NCBI GenBank assembly: GCA_002269645.1
Contig: NIVC01001778.1
Location: 174,401 to 238,400, forward strand
Length of the DNA stretch: 64,000 nucleotides
Reading direction: 5' to 3'
From: Macrostomum lignano
Taxonomy: Eukaryota
The notes under the pieces: generated by a model
What the model saw: the letters and a program-made list of their open reading frames with translations, nothing else
The model's database searches: none
Told to the model about the DNA's origin: nothing
Shown: in pieces, positions 38,425-51,153 of the stretch
Layout: each line of letters opens with the position of its first letter
Position numbering within the stretch: position 1 is the first letter of the stretch
Program-made: the position numbers and the translations under genes

Positions 38425-40476
38425 TGCGAATCGAGTTTTGCTTTGCTGTAGTTGTCGGTTGCCAAAAATATTCCGCGTACAGTTGAAAACAACGTTCTGT
38501 GTTCCGATATTGACTTTTAGGCGCCAGTTTATAGGGCAAGCTAATCAGATTATATCATTGGCTATGCTTGGCTCTCCAGTAATCACATGACAGTGATTGG
38601 CTGTGTTACTCATAACCACGTGAAAATGTTTATTCAGCAACTAATTCAGCAAGTTTTTCGTTTGAAATCAACACTAGCTGTTAGTGTAAAATCAAGTGGC
38701 CAGATCAGAATGCCAGACAGTATTTGGGGGCCCTTGATAAATTCACCTGGCTTTGTGAAACAATAAAACTGTCTATAGAATCTGCTATTGTATTATAATC
38801 CGAAGGCTAGGCAAACAGCGGCCTGGAAAAGTGGACCTGAGTGGGCAATCAATAATCAACTATGCAAATATTTACCTTCCGAGCCAGTTGGGAAACCGAG
38901 AGCTCACTCTGAGCTAATCCGCTTAACTAGCACAGCATCCGCTGTGTGCCAGCCAGAATAACAAAGAAAAATCATGCGACGATCGAAGTTTATTTCTGTT
39001 GGCATGGCAACGGATCGACTGGCGTAGCAAAATGCGAATCAAACTGGATTTACAAGCTATCCAAAGCCGTGCATTGATTTAATTATTGATAAGGTGAACG
39101 GAAGTGCTTGACTAGGACTATGAATAACTAGGCTCCCTGGGCTGGAGACGATAATATTAATTAGACTAGAAGTTCTTCCATCAAAAAGGGACAGCTAGAA
39201 AAGCTATTAAGATAAAAGCTGTTTTCGTCTCCCTAAAGTCATACAACGAAAGCAACGTAAAATAACGTCTCCAACCTAGCAACTACTAGAACTTTTTTCT
39301 TTATCATACATATGAAAAACAGATACTTAATAAAAAATAGACCGAAGCTATAACTCTGAGCTGCATCTCTTCCTACACTCTCGGTTAATGCTTGAATATT
39401 ATTATAGCCAGTTTTAATTATCACTATCTAGTTCTTATGAAACTTTATGGACAGCTACATGTAATCTAAAGTAGCAGCTGTTGAAAGAGTTCACACTGCC
39501 CGAAATTCTGACTGTTCCACTTGTGACCTGGTGATCAAATATTGATAATACGCATCTGACTGATTGATCAAACACTCTTGTTTTAAAATATCAAGTGATT
39601 GACACTCGGTAAAGCACTGAGCAGTATGCCAAAAAAGAATTCATTGATTGGTAGCAGGCATTAATGTCAAATATTTGCGACATAGGAGCGTGGCCAAGGG
39701 ATTGTTGCAATTCTAAGCAATATGGGCGGGGGTTTAGACCCGATTGAGACGGCATAGAACTGCATCGATTAATTACACTATAAGTAGCTACACTCACAAT
39801 TTAGCTACTGAGTGTACTTCGAGAAAATCCACAATCCATTTATCCAGAAAAGAATTGTACAGCTTTCGATAGCTTTGTTTTATCAATGTTTATTTTTAAA
39901 AGAGAATTATTTTAGAACACGACAAAGAGCATTTGGAAATATTTCGTAGTTAAATGTAAACGCGAGTTTAATAACAGACTATAAGTTTCTATCACAATTT
40001 GCAATTGCATTTCCGTCATGCATGCTTGCTTTATAGATTTGAATCAGAATAATTTGCCTGATTGCAAAACTGCAAAACGGTACATTGCAAAAATTCTGTC
40101 CGATTACGCAAAGTGAAACTGTAGAATCAAGGATAGGAACTATGCTGAGCTACAAACCATATAGGTTTTTTGTGCCTCTCGGTTATTCAACTTCACTATC
40201 CAGACTAGAAATATTATTCGGTCATATCCGGATTTTCGATCGGGTAAGGACATATCAGAATTCGGATAACAAACATCCGACTAAATTTTTCGTCTAATTT
40301 TAGCGCAAACGCAACGGTTGGTTTTTTAAGCCCTTTCTGAGCACACACAACATTGAACAAAGAAATTCTATACTATTACTATTGCATCACGTAATAGATT
40401 TACAGAGCACAGAATGCCACTATGTTTAAAAAAAACTGAGTGAATTTTCAATTGTATCAATTTGCGACGAAATATG

Positions 40477-42420
40477 TCACAGAGGTCGCTGCGGAATCAT
40501 TGACTCGAGCGTATTACGACAAAATGCAACAAGCTTGCTTTCCGGACTAAGCGGCTGACAAATCGACAATTTAACTGTTTGATGGCCCAATAAGCGTCGA
40601 ATCAATCCATTAATAAAATAGAATGTGCGCTCCGAAAATTCGGACGCCCCCAGCATTAAAATGTAGCGATTTTCAACGTCGTGTTCGATAACTTGAGAAA
40701 CAACAGACGACAGAATTCCGACAACGAAGTTTATGAATAGAATCGGCACAAACAGTACGTAGAACAGGTGTGTCACATTGAGATCAATCCGATCGTCTGC
40801 TGGCCTGAATATTGTCGTATCGACGATGTTCAACGATACTAAAAACGTTTGATAGAAAGCTGCCAGAAAATCTGGAAACGTGTCGGATCGGCTGGTCGTA
40901 GCATTACTGGCGCTTGAGAAAATAAAGTTGGACTGAAACATTCGCGCAAAAATCACCATCAAACAGAGGTACATAAAGACAAACACGCTGAAAGTACCTA
41001 GACTGTTGTAGAAGCTGCTCATCAAGGTAGTAAGGGAGGATACTAGGCGAAGATAGCACACAATTAGGCTGACACAAGTCATCAACAAGAGAATGTGGCA
41101 CAAGCTACTAACAGTGTAAATAAAATCTTTAAATATCGCGCAGCTCCGACCAGTGTCAAGGTAAATCCAAAGCAAGAACACTGTAATTAGCAAGGCAACA
41201 GTGCTAGGAAATAGCCAGCCAACTAGGTCTCTGTAGTTTCGGCGTGGTATTTTCGGGTATCCGACTTTGTGCCTGCAATAAAAACCAGGGAAAATTCGAT
41301 AAACAGAATACTGAATATAAGAATCGATTGTATAGCTACGCATGGACAGTGATGATTACCGGTAGTATTCCTTTCGAGCAACTCCAAATGCAGCAAAAAA
41401 AACGGATGAACCCGAAGTGATAAGCCAGGTGAGTAAGACACAAATCGTTCCAGTTGGATACACAGAAGGAGCATTTTCGCACTTGCTTTTAATATAGTCG
41501 TTGCCACTGCTACCGGTAAAGAATACAGTGATTACAGTCAGCAAAATGGCGAGCAGCAAGTAAAAAAATATTACGACTCGATTGCGCTTGAACATTAAAT
41601 CCACCCAGTGCTTCCACAGACAACCTTTCCGAAATATGCCGAGCCTTTTTAACTCGGGCAGAGTAGACTCGCCGTAAATGTCCAGCATGACGGAAAGTGG
41701 ACTAGTAAAGAAGCTCGGATCCTCACCAGTAACATCTGACACATCCATAGTGATGTGCTCGTTGATACCCAGAGACTCGGAATGCACTGTACAATTTGGC
41801 GAAAAGTAGTAAATCACGTATTCTACCTGATCTGGCAGACCAATGTACACGCCCCAAGAGAGCGGTGTCATGCCATTTTGGCAAACTGATTTAATCATCG
41901 AACTCTGCTGATCGCGGGTGAACAAAGTGCAATGAAATAAAGTGATCAGCTCGCTATACTTGGCCAACGGAGCGTCGGGGCATCGACGGATCGACATGAA
42001 GTGTATGGCGCTAAATAAGACATGATAAGCGGACACGCCGCGCTCTCTTAGCTTGGAGAAGTCGACGCCGGACTCCATCATAAAAATCAGGCATTTTTGC
42101 GCGTTGAAGAACATAGCGACAAAGAATGGATTAGTGGGATACGGATGCTTTCCGGAGATTAATCCGCCTGGCAGAGTGAACTCATTTGAACAGTTGAGCC
42201 ATACATTCTTAACGTCGCAACTTTGTAGGAAACGATTCCAGTCAACGTACTTAGAAAATATCTGCAAGTCTTCGACATTGTCATCGGCTAGACATTTGAG
42301 AAAGGACAACCAATACGATTCTGTTGGTAAAAATTGTACAATGTCGAACTCACATTCGACTGTCTCGTTTAAGCCTGATTCAGACGACCCTACTGTAGCC
42401 GACGTAGTCAGTTCAAGCAT
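40477..42420 (-). CDS. Divergent TRPV5/6-like cation channel, paralog B, ~618 aa, 2 exons
   Basis: Exons 41360-42420 and 40477-41272; 87-nt phase-2 intron GTAATC...TTGCAG at the same codon as in paralog A (RKEYxR). Pore FYQTFLVSLNIVD; collinear with paralog A along its length. Confidence 0.8.
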
Positions 42421-44541
42421 TGTCAAGCTTTGCTAGACAAATTAGACTTACTATTGAACTCTATTGCTTGCCAAAATATGTGAGACTGTATGAGCACTAC
42501 GCGGTGAGCTGGACTCATTCTTTAAAAAAACTTTTGATCACACACAATCAACGGGGACAGACAGAAATGGCTTACTATTGGCTGGGAAGGCAATGAAAAA
42601 TAAACTGGTTTCTCTCTGCAGCGACAGCGAATCGCAGAAGCTGAACAAAAGCAAATTAAGCAGTTTTCCTCATCAAAAAGACATTAGACTGAATATTCCA
42701 TGTGACTTATCCCATGTTAACTACGTAAATTATCGGATTATATAAAAGCAAATTAGCAAACAAATCATCAAAGTTATCAAATGCATAGGATGATAGGCCA
42801 GTGAGTAGCCTACCTCATAAAAGCAATATCCAATCAATCTAATCTACTGCAATCTAATTAAAGCAAGTGTACACCGGTTTCGTTTAGGCAAACAATGGAC
42901 GAGTGGGAACCCCAGTGAGTAGGAATCAATTGATTACTTTATAGTAATAAAATAGCAATCAGCCAAGCGGTACCTGGATCCGAGATACGTCATGTAGGTT
43001 AGCTAAACAATTTGCCTCCCGTCTCTGTGTACACACCAATCAGGAATTGCCGATTGGAAAGAGACCTTGCTGCATATTAGAAACTACTATTGGCGTTGGA
43101 AAAATATTCACATCAATGATTACTGAATGCTTTTCTAGTTTACCTTGACTTAAAAGCTAAAATGCTAAATATAGGACTTATATCTGAGTTAATCGACAAG
43201 TCAATTATAATGGGCATAGGCTAAATAGATAAAATTTATCCTAATCAAAATATTATATGACAGCCAAAATTCCAGCTAGCTTTGACAGCCTAGGATTCAG
43301 TTGATTGCCACTGGCCACATCACGTGACCCCTTATTTGTTTAACACTGGCTGTAGAGTGGAGTCAATACAGATAAACTGCTACGCTGCTGACAAATTTAA
43401 TTACCTAATTAGCCTAATTAGTATTTACTGACAAAGCAAGAATGGCTTGTTAGAAAAAATTTACAACTCACAAGCTCTATGGATTGTTAACGAACATAAA
43501 TTTCTATAAATCATAATTGGTATCTATTTTGGCCATTAATAAAAATCAACTGCTATAAAACAATTTCATGAGGATTGTCTAGGAATAAATTAAATTCTAA
43601 CAATAATCAAACAAATGACTAAGTGATAAATATAGAAAACTTAATCGTTACCTCTATAATGCGCTTAAAATTTAATAATATATCTGATAAATAAACAAGT
43701 CAAATTACTGTTTAAAAATAAGTACAGTATCAAATTGAAATGAAAGCCGTGTATTTTAAAACACAACCGCTTCGTTTTTAGTCAGTTATTGGAAAATCAA
43801 AGCAATGAAGTCCGCTTGAACAGTCAGTGAAAGAAAAGCTTATCTAAAGTTAGAGTCAAGTGTCCGAAAGCTACTTGTAGTAGTGATGCTACAATTTTAG
43901 TTAAACATAAGTATTATAGCATTTTTTAATTGGAACCGGAGAACAGAAACGCGTGTTAAAGGTAAGATTTTTACAAACGCATTTGTAAGAATATGACACT
44001 TAAAATAATTTAATTGAAGCTACCCGCATATTATATATACTGTTACTAAAAAAATGTATATTACAATACGATAGACTCATGATAAACAAAATATCATCTC
44101 TCTCAAAGAGGACATCAGACTTTAGAGCATGATAATCTAAATATAAAATATACATAATAAAAGCTTAATAAGCCACTTCTATAGTTTGTAGTTAGCAAGT
44201 AAACTCTTTCATTAATTTTAACTGCTAGGTTTTACCGTATTCCATATTAATATGGGATGAGTTGGAGAAAATGCGGATTTCATGCGAACTCCGGTCATGC
44301 TAAATTTCAAACCTATATGCCATTCAATTGAAGTTCCAATCTGAGTTTTATATAATTCATACTTTATTTCAGGTATCAATACTTTTATTCTTATAAAATC
44401 TGCAAACCTACTAAGAGTAGAAAATTGTTGGTTTGAATTGAATTTTCACTTTGACATCCTTGAGTTCATACCCAGGATTTGAAATGGCACAGCGATTCTG
44501 AACGCTTAACAAAAACCCAGTTGACACATTTAAATGACCCT

Positions 44542-45246
44542 TACAGATACTAAAATAGCTAAATGGGCCACTCAGGTATAAATAATTATTAAAATAAGCT
44601 TTCTACTTTCAGTTCAGTAGCAAAGAAGAATACGTAAGCTATTTTATAAAAATCAAGGCAGCTGAGATGACTTTGATAAGTCCAGAAGCCCAAAAGCTTG
44701 CAGACGCATAAACAACTTGCTAATTGGTTCAGGCATAATGTACATTAGCCAGTCCACTGAAATGTACATGGCAGCTTTAGGCTGGAATTCCGAGAAAGGC
44801 AATAAAAATTTGGGTCGGGGCGGGGCGTAGGGGCGTAGTGTGGAAAGGCGCGGTTGGGGGGGGGGTTTAAACTGGGGGTAAGAGGCATGCTGAAATGTAC
44901 ATGACTACATGGCAGCTTTAGGCTGGAATTCCGAGAAAGGCAATAAAAATTGGGTCGGGGTGGGGCGTAGGGGCGTAGTGTGGAAAGGCGCGGTTGGGGG
45001 GGGTTTAAACTGGGGGTAAGAGGCATGCTGAAATGTACATGACTACATGGCAGCTTTAGGCTGGAATTCCGAGAAAGGCAATAAAAATTGGGTCGGGGCG
45101 GGGCGTAGGGGCGTAGTGTGGAAAGGCGCGGTTGGGGGGGGGTTTAACTGGGGGTAAGAGGCAATAAGTGAGCCTTGGCTTTTAAAATACTGAACTGAAA
45201 GTAGCTTGCACGCAAATGTACAGAGTGGTCCATCTAGTTGTCTGTG
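44542..45246. mobile_element. Second (inverted) copy of the CACAG-terminus MITE with an internal ~140-bp unit triplicated
   Basis: Ends match the TIR of the 21737 copy (right end partly deleted); internal sequence is its reverse complement; GGCAGCTTTAGG recurs at 44770, 44911 and 45049. Confidence 0.75.
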
Positions 45247-45327
45247 AATGACCCAAGCAAAATAACTTTACCCCTAACCCTGTTCCGCGGTCTCACTGCA
45301 ACATAAATTAAAATAATGTTAAACGAA

Positions 45328-45972
45328 TTAAGCAGCCAAGAAAAACTCGTAGCCCTTCGGTATGAAAGGCGGCGGTCTTGGCTGTGGCGGCAGCCGAGTG
45401 AAGCTGTAACCGCTAGGTCGATACTGCAGCTGGTGCTGCCGCAGGCCGCCAGTGAACATACCAATTGACGGCGTCAGGCCCAACTGTACTCCGTACTTAG
45501 ACAAAACTGCATCAGCTAGCATGGCAACCGTGAATCTGGAGCAATTACAGGCTAGCACAGCCTCTAATAGGCACAGATGCAGGGCTTGGCCAGGTCGCAG
45601 GGCCAACAGGCCAGTCAAGGTGATGCTGAAGCTGAGCAAGAATGACAGCCAGAAGAACAGATCGAAGCCAACAGTGGATCGCCAGGCTAGCAGGGGCAGC
45701 AGCATCGCACGGCAGCAGCCAGCAACTAAAACTAATTTGGCAGTCTTGTGCAGGCTCAGGCTGCCTCGGTTAACGAACTCGTTGGATAAGATGGCTAAGA
45801 TCTGGGGGCGTGGCAGGGGCGGAATTACTTTGCAAAAAGGCTTTGATATATACAAGCTGTTTATAAGCTGGGACACTGCGATCAACAGCAAAAACAGAAA
45901 CCAAGGCCAAAAAATTTACACAAAGGAAGTTGGAAGCTAATTTATTTGATTGATTAGTATTGTGCCAACGAG

Positions 45973-46004
<32 letters not shown>

Positions 46005-46079
46005 AAGACAGACACACAGACACAGACAGACATAAACTGAAACAGACAGACAGACAGACACTAAGACAGACAGATAGAC

Positions 46080-46113
<34 letters not shown>

Positions 46114-46155
46114 TGAGACAGACAGAAAGACACGAACTGAGACAGACAGATAGAC

Positions 46156-46192
<37 letters not shown>

Positions 46193-47156
46193 AAGACACG
46201 AACTGAGACAGACAGACAGACAGAGAGACAGACAGACGGACAGACACAGACAGACAGACACAGACACACAGACAGACAGACAGACAGACACACAGACACA
46301 CACAGACAGACAGACACACAGACAGACAGACAGACAGAAAGACAGACACAGACAGACAGACGGACAGACACAGACAGACAGACAGACAGACAGAAAGACA
46401 GACACAGACAGACAGACGGACAGACACAGACAGACAGACAGACAGACACAGACGGACAGACAGACAGACACACAGACAGACAGACGGACAGACACAGACA
46501 GACAGACGGACAGACACAGACGGACAGACAGACAGACACACAGACAGACAGACAGACAGACACACAGACAGACAGACACACAGACAGACAGACAGACGGA
46601 CAGACACAGACGGACAGACAGACAGACACACAGACAGACGGACAGACACAGACACTACCACAAATCTAAAACGATACGCACACAGATACAAAAGCAGACA
46701 CATCTCACACAAGACAACACAGACTAATAGGCTCACCATAGAGGCAGTCTGCAAAGTGGACACCAACAGCTTAGCATAGAATTCCATCTCTTTAGCAGCC
46801 GAGAACACGGCAGCGGACAGATCCGAGTCCAAGTCTCTGGCCTCAAGCCACAAAGCGTAGGCCTCGCAGATGACTAACAGCAGCAGGCCGCGCCACACGG
46901 CCCCATGCGCCAGTCGGTGATTATGCAACAGATGACGCATAGCAGCCAGTCTATGCAAAAGTATATCTAAGGCTAGCAACAGGCGATCGCATTCAATATA
47001 TCGATCAGCTGGTTGACCGCATTTTTTACACTTGGCTAATTGCACCACATCTGCGCTGTACTTGGTGTAGAGACTGGAAACAGATGAGCCGCATTCTACA
47101 CAAATGTAATCATTATAGTTGGCTTCTTTTGGTTTAGACTCGTTTGACGACTGCAT
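45328..47156 (-). CDS. ARV1: ARV1 (ER lipid/GPI homeostasis protein), ~297 aa, 2 coding exons
   Basis: Exons 46737-47156 and 45328-45801, phase 0, 894 nt. Arv1 homology domain ICVECG...LYTKYS...[16 protein letters not shown]...[17 protein letters not shown] followed by TM segments. Confidence 0.92.
45973..46655. repeat. (GACA)n-type microsatellite (ARV1 coding intron)
   Basis: Direct. Confidence 0.95.
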
Positions 47157-49685
47157 GGCTGCAGTAGAGACAGGTGGGCGTTTGTTCTTTTATAAAGTTC
47201 ATAATGAATTTGGCTTATTTTAATGCTAGCATATTTAGAAACTAATATTTTAAAATTAAAAGCTTGAGAACCACTGCATTAGGGGTCAGCAACATTTTTC
47301 CTTTTAAATTTTTAGAACAAAACAATCTTTCATTTATTGCAACTACAAAATCAAAAGAAAAAGAAAAACAAAATCTAAATTATTTAATAGAAGGCTAATT
47401 AATAATCAAAAAATAGGAAACCAAGACATTTTATTTACTATATTTTTTATGATAAATTTGATATTTATAAAATTTATTCTATAGTATATCTGTTCTACCT
47501 TCAATGCTTACATAATATACATTTAAAAGGTTAGATCACAACTATACTATATGCTAATGCTAATAGACTAGGAGAGGTCCAATGGATAGACCAAGGGAAA
47601 TGTTTGATAGATAGACTAGGAGATCTACTTAATAGACCAGAGTAAATTGCATTATTGCATGTGTGGTACAATTCAATGACAATTTGTCAAAAAATTTCTT
47701 GAAGAATTACAATTTGTCAAATTTTGTAAGCATAAGCATGCTTTGAAATAAGTATCTATGTTTCTATGTATCTATGTATCTATCTATAAGTATTTCTAAA
47801 AAATGGCTCAACCAATTTTCTTTAATGTTGTACCATTCAATCAGAAATCCAGACCAAGCAGACTACAAATTGGCATTGCATGGTTTGCAATGAACACACA
47901 ATATGCCAAGCAACAATTGTCCAGTGTGGGAGTACATTTTGACAAGGACCAAGTGAGCATTGTCATCTGCCTGAAAATCTACCAATAGAGCAACAAAAAA
48001 TTTACATGAAGAGGTTTTGCATGTTGCTGACCAATTTTAGGTAAGCAAAAATAAACAGTCCAAAGACTGGCTTAATTAATAGCAATAGCAATATGAATCC
48101 ATAGAATGCCCTCAATGTGCCAAGGCCAGATGTTTAGTTGGCTCTTTTAGAGTATACTAAATAGCAGTACATAGATAGGACTTTCAATGTCATGCATTTA
48201 TTTATCCAACCCTACAACATCCATGGCTTTATTTTTAGGCCAGATGGGACATTGAAGCAGGAGCCCTTAATATTTGTATTGATGTCTAAATGCCCTTGCT
48301 AGGACTATCAACAGTTCTCCAAACTGTGTAGACTGATACTAAAATACAGGTAATTACATGTACTAATATACTAATAAAAGTACTTGTACTAGTATTGACT
48401 ATTTTAAGCATGTAATGTCTATCCAATGTTCATTTTATTGCTTACTATACCCCAAACAACAATATCCTTTCTATATAGACTGCTTGGATTTGTATTTGAC
48501 TTTGAGGCAGCTATGTGAATAGCACTTCCTCCAATCCATGTGGCATTGTGGCCTCATATGCAATAGCAGGAGTGTAACTTCCACTTTACTTAAGTTACAT
48601 AGTGACATGTGCAAGCCCTTGGTCTCCAAAAGGCTTACATCAAAAACCTACAAACTTGGACCTTCTGCAGAAATCTAATGGTGCTAGCAATTCTTCTAGC
48701 TAATGAAATATGGCAGTTTAAGCAACTTTGCATCCTTGCCAGCACATAATGCCCATTCAGCCACTCTTGGATTAGCTATGCTTTTAGTTATATATACCAT
48801 TAACAAAATTTTGAAATTGTATGATAATCAAAATTTCTGTCAAAATTGGGTAAACATATGCATTTGTATAATTTAATTTAAGGACACATGGTTAAATAAG
48901 ACCATCTGCAGCAATAACAAAATATTTATTTATGACTGTTCTATCAAAACTAACAATGTAGAAGGTAAGCATAAATTGATCAACTACTAGGCTTAGCAAG
49001 GCAACCTTAAATTTTGTTCTCATCTGACTTTTGTGCAAGGAAGGGCAATTTACCACCATTGATACTCCATTTATTGCATTACATAGGGATAGTTGCAATA
49101 GTTCAAGTACAAAGCATTGTAAAAGTGCAACTACATTTTTATAGATCTGTGGTAAGAATACTGCTTGGATATGTGCTAAACTGAGAGCTTGTTAGAGAAA
49201 TGTAGTCACTTAAATTCACTCTAACTTTGTGATACATTTATGATGATAATGAATAGATTATCATCAATTAAATTTTACTTAACTTCTTAGTGCAATGGCA
49301 TTTAATTTTATTCAGCAATTTTATTTGCTAAATGTGTTATTTTTTCTTGTTTTATTAAGTTACCATTTATTAATTTGTTACTTACTCATACTAAACCTGC
49401 CTATAAACTATAAGTAGCACATAAATTAATTGTGACAATTGTTTACCAAAATGGCTAGCTTTGGACAAAATGGTCAATGCAAAAGCCTTTTTGTGCCATT
49501 ATTGACTTATGCTAAAAATTCCCTTTGCCAAAGTGGGTTGAATCCAAAATGATACTAATAGCATTTTATATGGCAATACAAAAAAGTCTGGATAGGCTTC
49601 TTGTTATTAAATACACTATATATGCCTATGGCATATATGACTCCTTAGGACTTTTATTGTATAGTAAAATTTTCTTCAAAAATAT

Positions 49686-50926
49686 AAGAGGTGTTCAATA
49701 AGTTTCCAAACTACATGAAACAGCTTGTTTAGGTCTGCACACAATGTACTTAACTAAAATATGTATATATCCCAAGCTTACTCACCAAATATAAAGGCTC
49801 CATTTTTAACCTTGCTAATCTGAATCTTATTTCAGTCACCTATCCCCCCATTATCAAACCTATCTGAAATGGAACTGTTGCATACTTACTAGAAAGCAAT
49901 GATTTACTATGATTTCAAGTGAGCTAATAGTCAGAGAGCTTGGAACAGCTTCAACAGGCCTTGGGCAACATTGCACCTTCCAGAACAACAATTTTTTACT
50001 AGTTTGCCAAATTTCATTGGGGTCGGCTGTCACTTGAAGATGAAGCTCAAGGGGGACAACCTCCAAGCTTGACAACCAATGAAAATGTTGCTGCAGTAAC
50101 AAGCATTGGTTGAAGAAGATCTGCAAATGACAGTCCAGCAACTAGCCATAGCTATTGGCATTATATCCCAAAGCAGCTCTATAATTCTGTATGAAAGGCT
50201 TAGGCTAAGCAAGGTATCCACCTGCTGGGTACCCCACCACCTGACCCAGGAGCAAAAGCAGGCCCAGGTCAATTGGGGCCAAGCCATGCTCAACAAATTT
50301 GACAATGGGACATCAACAAGCACTTGGGAGATCATCACTGGTGATGAAACCTAGGTATACAGTTTTGACCCCAAAAGCAAGCAGCAGTTGACTCAGTGGA
50401 CCCCAGTTGGCAGCCCATTGCCCCTAAAGCTAGTGTAGTCCCAAAGTGTCACCAAGTAGATAATTGCTACTTTTGTGGCTTGTAGCAGTCCTGTGGCCAT
50501 GATCATGCTGGTAACAGTGGACAATGACTTTCAAATGGTATTTTACTGAATATATACCACAGGTGCTACAGTCCATTAACAAGAAGTGTCAAAGGACTTG
50601 AACTTGCAGCCTGTTGCTCTATTAGGACAATGTCCTAGCCCACACTGTGTAACAAACAATGGAGTTTATAGAGCAGAACCATATCCAGCTATTTCAACAT
50701 CTACCTTACAGTCTAGACTTGGCCCTATGCAACTTCTTTGTGTTCCCTTGGGTCAAGCGCCTGCTCAAAGGAGTTTGGTTTGAATTGTTAGAGTTGGCTA
50801 TCAAGGCCTTCTGCAGTCACCTATATAACATCCCTTAGTCCAAATGGACTGGCTGCTTTTCTATTTAGTTTGAGAAGATAAGGAAATACATCAAAGCTGC
50901 TAGGGAGTATTTTGAAAAGACCCATA
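49686..50926 (+). mobile_element. Decayed mariner (Tc1/mariner) transposon
   Basis: Transposase relics WVPHHL, IITGDET*, LLLY*DNVLAHT, HLPYSLDLALCNF (YSPDLAPCDF) and the C-terminal EYFEK; several stops, at least one frameshift; degenerate TIRs. Confidence 0.9.
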
Positions 50927-50974
50927 CATGCCCAACCTCAAAATTTCACCCATCCAGTGCAACTTAGTTTTGTC

Positions 50975-51153
50975 CAGATTTGCAACTTAGTTCCTCCCAA
51001 TTGCAACTTAGCTCCTCCTAATTGCAACTTAGTTCCTCCCAATTGCAACTTAGTTCCTCCCAATTGCAACTTAGTTCTTCCCAATTGCAACTTAGTTCCT
51101 CCAAATTACAACTTAGTTCCTTTCAATTGCAACTTAGTTCCCCTGATTGCAAC
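50975..51153. repeat. 21-bp tandem CAATTGCAACTTAGTTCCTCC (~8 copies)
   Basis: Direct. Confidence 0.92.

Noticed and set aside
37275-41359. Apparent conserved programmed frameshift in both TRPV-like genes
   Set aside because: Fully explained by ordinary phase-2 GT-AG introns (37275-37375 and 41273-41359).
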